This document shows, in pieces, positions 31,932-40,666 of a stretch of 64,000 bases of DNA (position 1 is its first letter; each line of letters begins with the position of its first letter). Both the position numbers and the translations under genes were made by a program. The notes under the pieces were generated by a model, which saw only the letters and a list, made by a program, of their open reading frames with translations, was not told the DNA's origin and made no database searches. The DNA lies in NCBI GenBank assembly GCA_963841735.1, contig CAWJDT010000001.1:352001-416000 (forward strand). The letters run 5' to 3'. Origin of the DNA: an uncultured Actinomycetes bacterium. Lineage in GTDB: Bacteria > Actinomycetota > Thermoleophilia > RBG-16-64-13.

Positions 31932-32462
31932 CTACGCTCGCGGCGAGCCAAGAGAGCGCGAAGGCTCTCCGCTTGCGTCGGTGTTGCTGGAATCTCGGTG
32001 ACCGGTCTGCCGAACGTGCTCCGCCAGCACTATGCTCACTGCCACTGCGAGGTTGAGGCTCTCCGTCTCGCCCGCCAGGGGGATGGTGAGCTCTGCGTCA
32101 CAGGCGGCTGAAACGTCAACCGGGAGGCCACGATCTTCCGACCCAAAGACGAGCAGATCGCCGGGCCGAAAGGTGAAGTCGAATAGGGAAGGCGCCTCCG
32201 GTGATGAGGTCAGGACTATGCACCGTCCATCATGTTGCCCAAGAAAGTCGAGGGGATCGAGAACCATTCGCCATTCCACCTTGAAGAAGGCCCCCGCCGA
32301 CACGGTTCGCAGCCGCTGGCTGTACGACTTGCCGTAGCGATCACGGATCAGCCGATTGGGGTCGAAGACACAGCATGACGATACGCCGAACGCTTCGAGC
32401 GTTCGCGCGATCACGCAGACGTTGGTGAAGTCCTGAGGCGCGTGGAGGAGGACCTCGGGCAT
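31932..32462 (-). CDS. SpoU/TrmH family RNA methyltransferase
   Basis: LVFGSEDRGL, IPL, ESLNLAVA. Confidence 0.85.
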   Translation of the reverse strand: MPEVLLHAPQDFTNVCVIARTLEAFGVSSCCVFDPNRLIRDRYGKSYSQRLRTVSAGAFFKVEWRMVLDPLDFLGQHDGRCIVLTSSPEAPSLFDFTFRPGDLLVFGSEDRGLPVDVSAACDAELTIPLAGETESLNLAVAVSIVLAEHVRQTGHRDSSNTDASGEPSRSLGSPRA

Positions 32463-32463
32463 G

Positions 32464-33030
32464 CTAGGGAACACAGATCTCATAGTCGCCGAACTCGGCG
32501 ATTTCTGTGTCAAGGTCACGTGGCTCGGTCACATAGAATGACGCCGGTCGCCCGTCAACATCTGCGACAGCCTCACCGTGGGGGACCTCTGCGAGCATGG
32601 TGAAGAAGCTGACTTGGGCATCGTTGTACTTGACATGCAAACAGACAAAGTCGTCCGCCGCCAGTCGATGTTCCGCTATCCTGCGGTTCAGTTCATTCTT
32701 GCGGTGCAGAGCAACAGCCAAATACAAAGGCTTTGTCTCTGGATCACCGATAAACAGGAACTCCTCGTTGTCAGGATGCGTGCCAAAGGCCGCGAAGGTC
32801 GAGCTGTTGACGGTCACCGTGATGAGCTTGTGCGGTCCATGGGAAACGTGGGACTCATAGACCGATTCTGCAAGGGTCTCACCCCGTTGCGCGGGGAGTT
32901 CATGGTGATTGGGACACAGTCGGATGATCAGCCCTCTATCCTCCAGGTCCTGCATGACATCTTCGGTCATCTCGACGGGCCTGAGCAATAGTCGCTCCGT
33001 CATCTCTACGAATGACACATCCGAAGCCAT
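32464..33030 (-). CDS. Hypothetical protein, possible cupin fold
   Basis: AAAGGCGG RBS; HPDNEEF and VPHGE are possible metal ligands. Confidence 0.6.
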   Translation of the reverse strand: MASDVSFVEMTERLLLRPVEMTEDVMQDLEDRGLIIRLCPNHHELPAQRGETLAESVYESHVSHGPHKLITVTVNSSTFAAFGTHPDNEEFLFIGDPETKPLYLAVALHRKNELNRRIAEHRLAADDFVCLHVKYNDAQVSFFTMLAEVPHGEAVADVDGRPASFYVTEPRDLDTEIAEFGDYEICVP

Positions 33031-33183
33031 GACCCCGCCTTTCCTACCATGTTGCACACAAGCCAACTCTACTAGGTCCCCAGCATTCGCGCCTGCGCGA
33101 ATGCTTCGACCTGAGATAATCTGCCCAGCGCGAAGACCAACGAGGTCAGGTACTCCGGTCAATGAAAGGAAGGCGATCGACAG

Positions 33184-33723
33184 ATGCGATCCATATGCCG
33201 CATTATTCTGCTGGCTGCTGCCATCGTACTGGCGTGTGCCACGCTGTTCGGTTGCGGTGGTGGAGACGGTCAGAGCGACCTCAGTGTGGCGACGACCGTG
33301 CAGGACGAGAGTGCCGGAACGGACTCAACCCAGAACGGGGCACAGACTGGGGCACAGGCCGAGACGGAGGTCGCCGGCATGCCCGCCGAGTTCCCAGCCG
33401 ATGTCCCGGTCCACCCGGGCACTGTGACCGCATACGACCCCATGGTAGTGACCGAGTCCACGACCGTCCATCAGCTCACGGTCGAATCGGTGGCTTCATT
33501 CGATAACGTCATCGAGTGGTACAAGACGCAGCTTCCCGCGGGCTGGTCGGTAGGGTTTCTCGAGGAGTCCGGCGACGGCGGCAGTCGCGAGGGCAAGGTC
33601 GCCCTCAACGGCGGCAACTACGCACCCGCTAGTTCGAGCGGATTGGGCGGCGGCGTGCTCATCGGCGTATTCGAGGGAGACAAGACGGAGATCGTCGTCA
33701 CAGTCACCGCGATGGCGCCGTAG
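33184..33723 (+). CDS. Lipoprotein of unknown function
   Basis: Lipobox LFGC; P.EFP.DVPV.PG and V.EWYK..L...GW motifs. Confidence 0.75.
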   Translation: MRSICRIILLAAAIVLACATLFGCGGGDGQSDLSVATTVQDESAGTDSTQNGAQTGAQAETEVAGMPAEFPADVPVHPGTVTAYDPMVVTESTTVHQLTVESVASFDNVIEWYKTQLPAGWSVGFLEESGDGGSREGKVALNGGNYAPASSSGLGGGVLIGVFEGDKTEIVVTVTAMAP

Positions 33724-33741
33724 CCGATCGATCAGGCCTCC

Positions 33742-34230
33742 TCAGAGCGGCCTTGTGTAGAAGAGTGAGCCGCCGGTGCTTTCGCCGTATACAGCTTGGG
33801 TGAAACCCGCCTTGGCGTAGACCGCCCGGGCCCTTTCGTTGTCGTCCTGGACCTCAAGAGTGACTTTGCAGCACCCAAGCTCAGTGGCCTTGCGGGCCAC
33901 CCCGTCAAGCAGCAGTCGCCCTATCCCCTGTCCCCGATGCGTGGGCAGCACAGCCAGATCGTGGATGTTGACGAGAGGCCGCGCGGCGAAGGTCGAGAAG
34001 CCACGAAAGCAGGTCGCGATGCCAACGGCCTTGGCCTCCACGTACGCCAGCAGGATAAGAACCGTAGGCTGGGCCCGCAACCCCGGCACCAGAAGCTCTA
34101 GGACGTCCGGAGAAAGCGGTCCGCCATTCCCCATCGCGTCTAGCGCGTAGGCAGCCGTCATGGCGACCACGTCTCGCTGGTGATCGACGCGATCCAAGTC
34201 TGCTTCAACGATTTCGACCCGCTGTTTCAT
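33742..34230 (-). CDS. GNAT acetyltransferase
   Basis: NIHDLAV, RGQGIG, KVTLEV..DN.RA...Y.KAGF. Confidence 0.88.
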   Translation of the reverse strand: MKQRVEIVEADLDRVDHQRDVVAMTAAYALDAMGNGGPLSPDVLELLVPGLRAQPTVLILLAYVEAKAVGIATCFRGFSTFAARPLVNIHDLAVLPTHRGQGIGRLLLDGVARKATELGCCKVTLEVQDDNERARAVYAKAGFTQAVYGESTGGSLFYTRPL

Positions 34231-34263
34231 TCCCCGGCCTCAGTGTCCATAAGACGACAAGGG

Positions 34264-34410
34264 TCAAGCGCGCCCGGATGGCGCGTCGCCTACGCCCTCT
34301 TGCCGGCCGTCGGCCGCAAAGCCCTCGTGAAACCCAGGATGTCCCACCACGCGCCCATCCTCCTCAGCGATGGCGTCGACATCGGCGCTCGTTTCACTTC
34401 TGATGCGCAT
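34264..34410 (-). pseudogene. Collapsed YhbS-type GNAT remnant (48 codons)
   Basis: MRIRSETSADVDAIAE | EDGRVVGH | PG | FHEGFAADG are N-terminal, middle and C-terminal pieces of a ~170 aa GNAT joined in frame. Confidence 0.6.
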
Positions 34411-34423
34411 CTTGGCCAGCACG

Positions 34424-34810
34424 CTACTCCGGCACGCGCTCCCGACGCACTTCCACGAGACGATTGGCTGCGTCCACAAACGCGATCCGAGGCTGCCAGG
34501 CCCGGGCCTCTTGGTCGTCAAGCTGCACGAAGCAGGCGATGATCACGATATCGCCGACCTTCACGTGATGAGCCGCGGCCCCGTTGATGCAAACCACTCC
34601 GGAACCTCGGGGACCGGCAATCGCGTAGGTGGTCAGGCGTGCGCCGCTGGTGACGTCCCAGATGTCAACGGCCTCATACTCAAGGATGCCCGCGGCAGCG
34701 AGCAGGTCCGCATCGACGGTGACGCTGCCCTCGTATTCCAGATTGGCCTCAGTGACCGTGGCGCGGTGGATCTTGCCACCTAGCATGGTTCTTCTCATGT
34801 ACTTCTCCAT
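34424..34810 (-). CDS. panD: Aspartate 1-decarboxylase
   Basis: [14 protein letters not shown] self-cleavage site, RLTTYAI, CINGAAA. Confidence 0.95.
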   Translation of the reverse strand: MEKYMRRTMLGGKIHRATVTEANLEYEGSVTVDADLLAAAGILEYEAVDIWDVTSGARLTTYAIAGPRGSGVVCINGAAAHHVKVGDIVIIACFVQLDDQEARAWQPRIAFVDAANRLVEVRRERVPE

Positions 34811-34954
34811 ACCGAATCCCCACCCACAAGGCGAGTGCTCGGTGCCAATGTGTTAACCGCGGAAGCCTACCACGCGAAGGCGTATCCCAACGAGATCTGG
34901 TGCTGTTTGGACGGGATCATGCGGACCACTGGGGTTTGAGTCTCAGGCCGGGAG

Positions 34955-35602
34955 TCAGCCAAGCCCCCGCAACTCTTCCACAAGCACGACGCCGGCCGAA
35001 GTGCCCAGGCGGGTGGCCCCGGCCTCTATCAACGCCAGCGCCGTCGCCAGGTCGCGAATACCACCGGCGGCCTTGACGCCCGTGTTCGGGCCGACGGCCG
35101 CCCGCATCAGGCGCACGTCGGCCACCGTCGCCCCCGCCGTGCCAAACCCGGTGGAGGTCTTCACATAGTCGGCGCCCTGAGCGACCGCCATCCGGCAGAC
35201 CGATTCCTTTTCGACGTCGGTGAGGTAGCAGGTCTCCAGGATCACCTTGCTGATCACTCCAGCCGGCCGACAGGCCTCCACCATGTCGGCGATCTCCCGG
35301 CCGACAAGACCGGCATCCCCGGACTGCAGGGCGCGCACGTTGATGACCATGTCGATCTCGCCGGCGCCTTTCTGGATGGCGTCGCGTGTTTCGAAAGCCT
35401 TGACCTCACTGGTGTTCTGTCCCAGCGGAAAACCGATCGCCGCGCCCACACGCACCGGGCTGCCGGCCAGCAGCCGCACGCACACGGTCACTTCGGCCGG
35501 ATTGACAGCCACCATGGCGAAGTTGTAGCGCAGGGCTTCCTCGCACAATCTCTCGATGTCCTGCGCCGTGCCGAACGCCTTCAAAAAGGTATGGTCGATC
35601 AT
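34955..35602 (-). CDS. deoC: Deoxyribose-phosphate aldolase
   Basis: IDHTFLK, GFPLG, EIDMVIN, KVILET, VKTSTGF, KAAGGIR; true start may be near 35649 via a frameshift. Confidence 0.92.
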   Translation of the reverse strand: MIDHTFLKAFGTAQDIERLCEEALRYNFAMVAVNPAEVTVCVRLLAGSPVRVGAAIGFPLGQNTSEVKAFETRDAIQKGAGEIDMVINVRALQSGDAGLVGREIADMVEACRPAGVISKVILETCYLTDVEKESVCRMAVAQGADYVKTSTGFGTAGATVADVRLMRAAVGPNTGVKAAGGIRDLATALALIEAGATRLGTSAGVVLVEELRGLG

Positions 35603-35654
35603 CGCGGCCAGGGTCTGGGGTGTGGCGCGAGTCGGCTTCAGATGTCCATGCTCT

Positions 35655-36630
35655 TCACTCCTGGTGCGCCAAAAACTCCAACGCTTCCTGCGCGGTAGGC
35701 AGAGCGGGGATGGCGCCTTTGCGGGTGCAGGTCAGCGCACCCACCGCCACGGCATACCGCAGCGCCGAGCCTACCACCTCGGGGCTGACTCCGGCCAGGG
35801 AACCGAGACGTTTCCATTCGGGCAGCAGGCGTGTGATCATCGCCGCCACAAAGCCGTCGCCGGCGCCGGTGGTCTCGATCACCTCCACCCCAAAGGCGGG
35901 CTGCTCGATCCAGAAGTCGCCGTTAGTGGCGATCGCGCCGCGCTCACCCCGGCTGATCACCAGCAGTTGCACGCCCTGCGCCAGCACGACCTCGGCCCCG
36001 CGATGCAGGTCGGTCTCACCGGTGGCCACCAGCCACTCTTCTTCGCTGATCTTCGCTAGTTGGCAATGGCGAAAGCCATCCCTGATGACAGCCTGGGCCT
36101 GTTCCACCGTAGGCCAGAGCGTCGGGCGGTAGTTGGGGTCATAGCTGATCATCAACCCGTTCGCCCGAGCCATTTCCTAGAGCCTTGCGCTGCGCCGAGG
36201 CGATCGGCTCCTCGGTGAACCCTATCGAGCCGAAGTGGAAGCAACGCACCCCTTCGAGCAGCTCGGAACCGATCTCCGCCGGCGCAAGCAACATGTCAGC
36301 CCCAGGGTTGCGGTAGAAACACAGATCCTTGTGTCCGTCGTCCCACACCGCCACAAAGACCGAGGTCGTGCGTGCACGCTGGTCGACCAGCAGAACGCGG
36401 GTGTCCACGCCGTCGGCCTCCAGGCTCTGCCGCAGGTAGACCCCAAACGGATCGTCTCCTACCTTGCCGACGAACCCGGCGGAAAGGCCCAGGCGTTGCA
36501 GTGCCACAGCCACATTGGCCGGAGCCCCGCCGGGAGCCTTGATGAACCCCGGCGCATCCGCCAAAGAGACATTCGCCTGAGTCGAGACGAATTCGACCAG
36601 CAGCTCTCCCATGCAGACGACTTCAGGCAT
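35655..36630 (-). CDS. PfkB family sugar kinase (fructokinase-like), frameshift near 36175
   Basis: GGAPANVA, GKVGDDPFG in one frame; DPNYRP, TTGAGDGF in the next. Confidence 0.85.
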
Positions 36631-37006
36631 GGTCGGCCCTGGGCCGATACTCCACGTGGGGCAGACCCAAGAAGTGAGCGTCCTGCGTCCAAAGCGTCGC
36701 ATTCTCTGAGCGCGCGGTTGCCAGGATGATGGAGTCGGCCATGGCAAGTCCTGTTTCGAGCGATAGCCGGGCGGCTTCGAGCGCAAGGCTTGCCGTGAGA
36801 TCTACCACCCGCCCCTGTACCATCACCGCCGCGGCATCGAGCGCGGTCGCCTCGTCCTTGATCTGGCGGATGCGCTTGAAGACCTCATAAACTGTCAGCG
36901 ACGGCACGACCGCGGCCTCCGGCGACTCGATGACGCCGGCGAACTCCGACGCGTTCTCACCGTCGGCGAAGTACTCCAACCAGGCCGAGGAGTCGACTAC
37001 GTTCAC
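36623..37006 (-). CDS. vapC: VapC (PIN) toxin
   Basis: VVDSSAWLEY, YEVF, MADSIILATA, WTQDAHF. Confidence 0.9.
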   Translation of the reverse strand: MNVVDSSAWLEYFADGENASEFAGVIESPEAAVVPSLTVYEVFKRIRQIKDEATALDAAAVMVQGRVVDLTASLALEAARLSLETGLAMADSIILATARSENATLWTQDAHFLGLPHVEYRPRADHA

Positions 37007-37212
37007 CCGCGGTCGTTCTCGTCGCGCATGACGCGCGTGTCGAGCCCGCGCAGCACTCCACGCAACTCGCTGGCCAGGCGCACCGGCAGGAACTCGATGC
37101 GATCGCCGTACGCGAGAGCCTGGATCTTCTGACCAGGCACTAGGCCGAGCTGCTCACGGATGGCCTTGGGGATAACAACCTGGAACTTGGGCGAAATGGT
37201 GACAGTCTCCAC
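37003..37212 (-). CDS. AbrB/MazE-type antitoxin
   Basis: GTG start with GAAGGAGG RBS; TISPKFQVVIPKAIRE.LGL.PG. Confidence 0.88.
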   Translation of the reverse strand: METVTISPKFQVVIPKAIREQLGLVPGQKIQALAYGDRIEFLPVRLASELRGVLRGLDTRVMRDENDRG

Positions 37213-37387
37213 CGACAGACCTCCTTCGTCATACGGATAGTCTATCGATGGCGTCGCCGTCTTGCAATGTGGCTCGGGCTGAATAGAAAGAACCCTATGG
37301 ATCACAGCAGGTACTGCCCGAGAGTCTGCGCCCTGAAGCGCTAGAGACTCTGGTACTTCAGTCTGAACTTGGCACCCGTTAGAGCTT

Positions 37388-38192
37388 CTACACCCGCCCC
37401 ACCGCCTTGAAGAACGTGTAGCAGAACGTACCGTCGTCTTCAGCCGTACGATACAGGTCTCTGATGCCCTGGTCGAAAACGGCAGCATCCACGAGACCCT
37501 CCGCGATGGCCGTCTCACGCACGCCCTCGATCATAGCCGTGAACGTCTTTTTGGTGAACCCGTCCACTAACTGCGGCCTGCTCGCATCGACGTACACCAT
37601 GCGCGGCGACACCCGGACCTCCCCATAGCCGGCGGCCGCCAGCAGCGGATACAACGACCTCCCGATAAGTGCGTCGCCGCCCGCGCGCGACTGCAGCTCG
37701 ATGAGGCACCCGATGGCGATATGAGCAGCTTCGCTCTCGGGGTAGAAGTAGGCAGAACCGTGGTCGCCTTCGATCACCGTGAGGGTGCCGCCTGGCCGCA
37801 ACAATCCCTTGAGCTTCGCCAGGGCCGATCCCGGCTCTCGCAGATGCTCCAGGACGAAGCAGACGAACACGTGGTCAAACGATGCCGGTTCAAAAGACAG
37901 AGCGAAGATGTCACCCTGCTGGAACCGCACGTTGGAGAGACCCGCTGCCGTGACTTTGCGTTCGGCTTCCGCGAGCGACGCCTGGGAGATGTCGACGGCC
38001 ACGATGAAGGCTCCCGGACTGTTGGCGGCCAGGGTCACCGTCTGCGCGCCGACTCCACAGCCGGCCTCCAGAACGCGGCAGCCCGCCGGGAAGACGGTGT
38101 CCGCATGCAGCAGCTCGGCCAGAGTGGCCGCCTGGTCCTGCAGACGCATGCTGCTCCCGGGAGTCGTAGCCGTGGACGTACTTGTGGGTCAT
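37388..38192 (-). CDS. Class I SAM-dependent methyltransferase (5' frameshift); possible gene cassette
   Basis: MTHKYVHGY then RLQDQA in another frame; VLEAGCGVG; follows attC R' GTTAGAC, and a CTCTAAC lies just after its stop. Confidence 0.85.
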
Positions 38193-38279
38193 GAGTCTAT
38201 CTTTTCAGAATCTGGAATTTTTTGGACGGAGTCTTGTGGCCAACTGGGTGTGAGTCTCGGTCGGGGCCCGTCGGAGACT

Positions 38280-38373
38280 GTCTAACGACTGCAGCCGGTC
38301 AGCCGCGCCCGTTGGCCATGGTAAGCCATGCAGTAGGCAACGCAGGATGTCGGCTGCAGGCGCTGGTTAGAAC
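38280..38373 (-). repeat. attC site
   Basis: Minus strand GTTCTAAC-CAGCGCCTGCAGCCGAC...GCGCGGCTGACCGGCTGCAGTC-GTTAGAC, imperfect palindrome ~10 bp after the toxin stop. Confidence 0.8.
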
Positions 38374-38383
38374 TACGCTGCGT

Positions 38384-38680
38384 TCAACCACGATCGCCCC
38401 AGTAGCCAGGGCGCCGCCTGTGATGCGCGACGGCCGAGACATGCACTGCCATACCGTCGAACCAGTACAGGATTGAATAGGGAAATCGGCTGACAACGCG
38501 CTTGCGTGTCTCGCCCAGCAGAATCGGGAATGCGTTTGGATTGTCGGCTACATCAAGGAGTGCAGCCTGCGCAGCATCGAGAAACGCGGTCCCGAGCCCG
38601 AGCTGTTCAAGGTCGTAGAAATCGGCTGCCTCGTTCAGTTCGCGGAAGGCACCAGGCTCGAACAGCACCTCATGGGTCAT
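38384..38680 (-). CDS. RelE/ParE family toxin (cassette)
   Basis: A..EL.EA..FY, RFPYSILY, AVAHHRRRPGYW. Confidence 0.9.
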   Translation of the reverse strand: MTHEVLFEPGAFRELNEAADFYDLEQLGLGTAFLDAAQAALLDVADNPNAFPILLGETRKRVVSRFPYSILYWFDGMAVHVSAVAHHRRRPGYWGDRG

Positions 38681-38901
38681 GCGCGAGCAGCCCGCGCCTT
38701 CGCGAACACCTCGTCCATTGGGATGGGGATTACCCTGCCACCTTGGCCGTCCGCACGTCGGCGCTCAGCTTCCTCGAGCCACAGACGCTCAACCTCGGGC
38801 TCGGGTAGATCATCCAGGCTCTCTAGAAGCTCCCGGGCCAGATCCGCTCGTATCGAAGGATCGAGCCGCAGAGCCTCACGCTTGAGTTCGTCGATAGTCA
38901 T
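38677..38901 (-). CDS. Addiction module antitoxin (TIGR02574-like)
   Basis: RADLARELLESLD, WLEEAERR. Confidence 0.88.
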   Translation of the reverse strand: MTIDELKREALRLDPSIRADLARELLESLDDLPEPEVERLWLEEAERRRADGQGGRVIPIPMDEVFAKARAARA

Positions 38902-38978
38902 GGCATCTCACCTCGCAACGGAACCTACGCACCCCACAATGATACCGCCGACGACTGGCGCTGACACTCCAACGTTAG

Positions 38979-39040
38979 TTCCAACGATTCAGCGCGTCAG
39001 CCGCGCCCGTTGGCCATGGTACTCCATGCAATAGACAACG
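38979..39040 (-). repeat. Truncated attC (3' half only)
   Basis: Near-identical to 38298-38342 (GTCAGCCGCGCCCGTTGGCCATGGTA..CCATGCA); ends in GTTGGAA on the minus strand; no R'' arm. Confidence 0.7.
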
Positions 39041-39100
39041 CCGGCAGAAGAGAACGTCCCCGTCAGAGAAGGTGTTGCGATTCACACTTGAACTCACAAT

Positions 39101-39160
39101 GGCTAACGTCGAGCCGATCAGCTGCCAGCTTCGCTGGTCTGCTGCACCGGCTTGTTAGGC
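39101..39160 (-). repeat. attC site (60 bp, 59-be type)
   Basis: GCCTAAC-AAGCCGGTGCAGCAGACCAGCGAAGCTGGCAGCTGATCGGCTCGAC-GTTAGCC. Confidence 0.88.
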
Positions 39161-39399
39161 ATCGGTTGCCTATCTCCTTCGTCAGGCTCAACGTCGGGCA
39201 CCTTGCCCATCGCACGCTCGAACCTACCACGGTCGCCACGGGCCGCACGCTCCTGAAGATAGTCTACGGTCATTAGCGCCGACATCTTCTCGGCTAGCGC
39301 TGTAGTGATCAACTGGTTGATGGATACGTCCTCAGACTTGGCAAGTTCACGCGCCTTTCTATGGAGTGACTCCGGCAGACGTAGACTGATGGTGCTCAT
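39118..39399 (-). CDS. HicB-like ribbon-helix-helix antitoxin (cassette)
   Basis: MSTISLRLPESLH...SINQLI..ALAEK; C-terminus reads into attC (MPNKPVQQT). Confidence 0.85.
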   Translation of the reverse strand: MSTISLRLPESLHRKARELAKSEDVSINQLITTALAEKMSALMTVDYLQERAARGDRGRFERAMGKVPDVEPDEGDRQPMPNKPVQQTSEAGS

Positions 39400-39820
39400 G
39401 ACCGACCTCCGATCCTTCCCAAGAACTCGCCGGGGGTGACCGCCTCTATCCCGAAGCGCTCGACCTCCACGAAGTCCTTCATGTTGTGCGTGACGATGAT
39501 GCCGCATCCCGCCTCGACGGCCAGTTCGAGCACATGGTCATCGCGCGCATCTCGGAGGACCGGCCGCCAGAGGAAGTGGATCTCTTGTAGATGGGCGACG
39601 CTACACAAGTAGTCGATGACATCGTCGACTTCCTCAGGCTTGAGCCCCGTCGCCTCGGGCATGCGCTTCGCGGCATCCTCATACTCGACCACCAATGGGA
39701 CCGAGAGAGTGATCTCGAACCGCGTCCCTCCGACCAGCATCAGAAGCCGATGCGAGGCGCCCCGGCGTGACCGAAGTGCAGAGATGAAAACGCTAGTGTC
39801 GATGACAACGCGTGGACCCA
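39396..39820 (-). CDS. PIN-domain toxin (cassette)
   Basis: VVIDTSV, SVPL..EYE, WRP.LRD..DDHVLELAV, VTHN.KDF. Confidence 0.88.
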
Positions 39821-39875
39821 TAGCGGTATCGTATAAGATACCAGCCCTTGAGTCAACACGGGCTGACCCCCGTAT

Positions 39876-40040
39876 GCCTAACAATAGTTATCTGGTCTGT
39901 GTAACTCCACCGACACAACATCTGGTTGTCGGCATAACTCCGGCTGCGATTCTCAAGACAGCCCCCCTGGTCGGCATACCGAGCGGTTTCTGAGACCAAG
40001 ACGCCCGCGCGATCTTGGGTTTATGCAGACTGTATGTGCC
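39876..40040 (-). other. attI-like region, locus A
   Basis: Core GTTAGGC (39882-39876) with no attC arm upstream; repeats GTTACACAGAC, TATGCCGAC x2 and TATGCAGAC between the core and the intI relic. Confidence 0.6.
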
Positions 40041-40043
40041 GCC

Positions 40044-40191
40044 CTACAACCTGTCAAACAGGCTGCTGCGGACTCACTGGCCGCCGTGGGCGAGCACGGG
40101 GGGGGTTACGCACGGTGGTGAGCACGTCCTTGTAGCCGAGGAGCTCCTGTGTGGTCCGGGTATTGCAGCCCGCCTCCAGCAGATCAGTAGC
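40044..40191 (-). pseudogene. intI: Integron integrase C-terminal relic (locus A)
   Basis: Manual translation with frameshifts: ATDLLEAGCNTRTTQELLGYKDVLTT...VLAHGGQ*VRS..FDRL* vs IntI [44 protein letters not shown].L*. Confidence 0.8.
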
Positions 40192-40208
40192 ACTTCACCG
40201 CGCGTCAG

Positions 40209-40226
40209 GGGGCGCCTACCGGCGCC
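40209..40226 (-). terminator. Hairpin terminator, degenerate copy of the 42452 and 51976 hairpins
   Basis: GGCGCC-loop-GGCGCC with a similar flank. Confidence 0.45.
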
Positions 40227-40358
40227 GAAGGGAACAGCACAAGATCTTGCCAAATCGTCGACGGTCGCCGTCGCGCCCCGAGTGGCCACCCCTGCAACCC
40301 GGCTCGCGGTGCAACCGCCCCAGCCCCGTTCTACAACGGCGCCGAGAGCCGTCTCGGC

Positions 40359-40592
40359 CTACATTCTCGCCCACTCGCGCAGACGCCCACCTACGAACGG
40401 CTTGCCGAACAGGGGCGCAAACACGCAGACATCGAACGCACCCGCCAATAGCGGCACCAGACCGACGGCGAACATCACCCAGCCTCGCCATCCGCCGACC
40501 ACCAACAACCCCAAGCCGATCAAGAGTAGACCGGCCACGACCCGCACGGCCCTTCCCGCGGTTGAGGCCAGGAAACCAAACAGTATCTTCAT
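40359..40592 (-). CDS. DUF2892/YgaP-like small membrane protein
   Basis: GRAVRVVAG, VGLVPLLAGAFDVCVFAPLFG. Confidence 0.8.
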   Translation of the reverse strand: MKILFGFLASTAGRAVRVVAGLLLIGLGLLVVGGWRGWVMFAVGLVPLLAGAFDVCVFAPLFGKPFVGGRLREWARM

Positions 40593-40666
40593 GTCGCTCT
40601 CCTTAAGGGTGTTAGTCTGCAAGGATTATTCCGTTGAGGCGCTTAATCAAACGTGCAGGAGCACTC

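Noticed and set aside
38298-39040. ~45 bp direct repeat as possible CRISPR repeat or IS end
   Set aside because: Only two copies, flanking a TA pair, with no cas genes; better explained as related attC sites
40051-40068. TGTCAAACAGGCTGCT resembling an IS5/IS1182 end
   Set aside because: No partner end or transposase; it falls inside the IntI C-terminal coding relic
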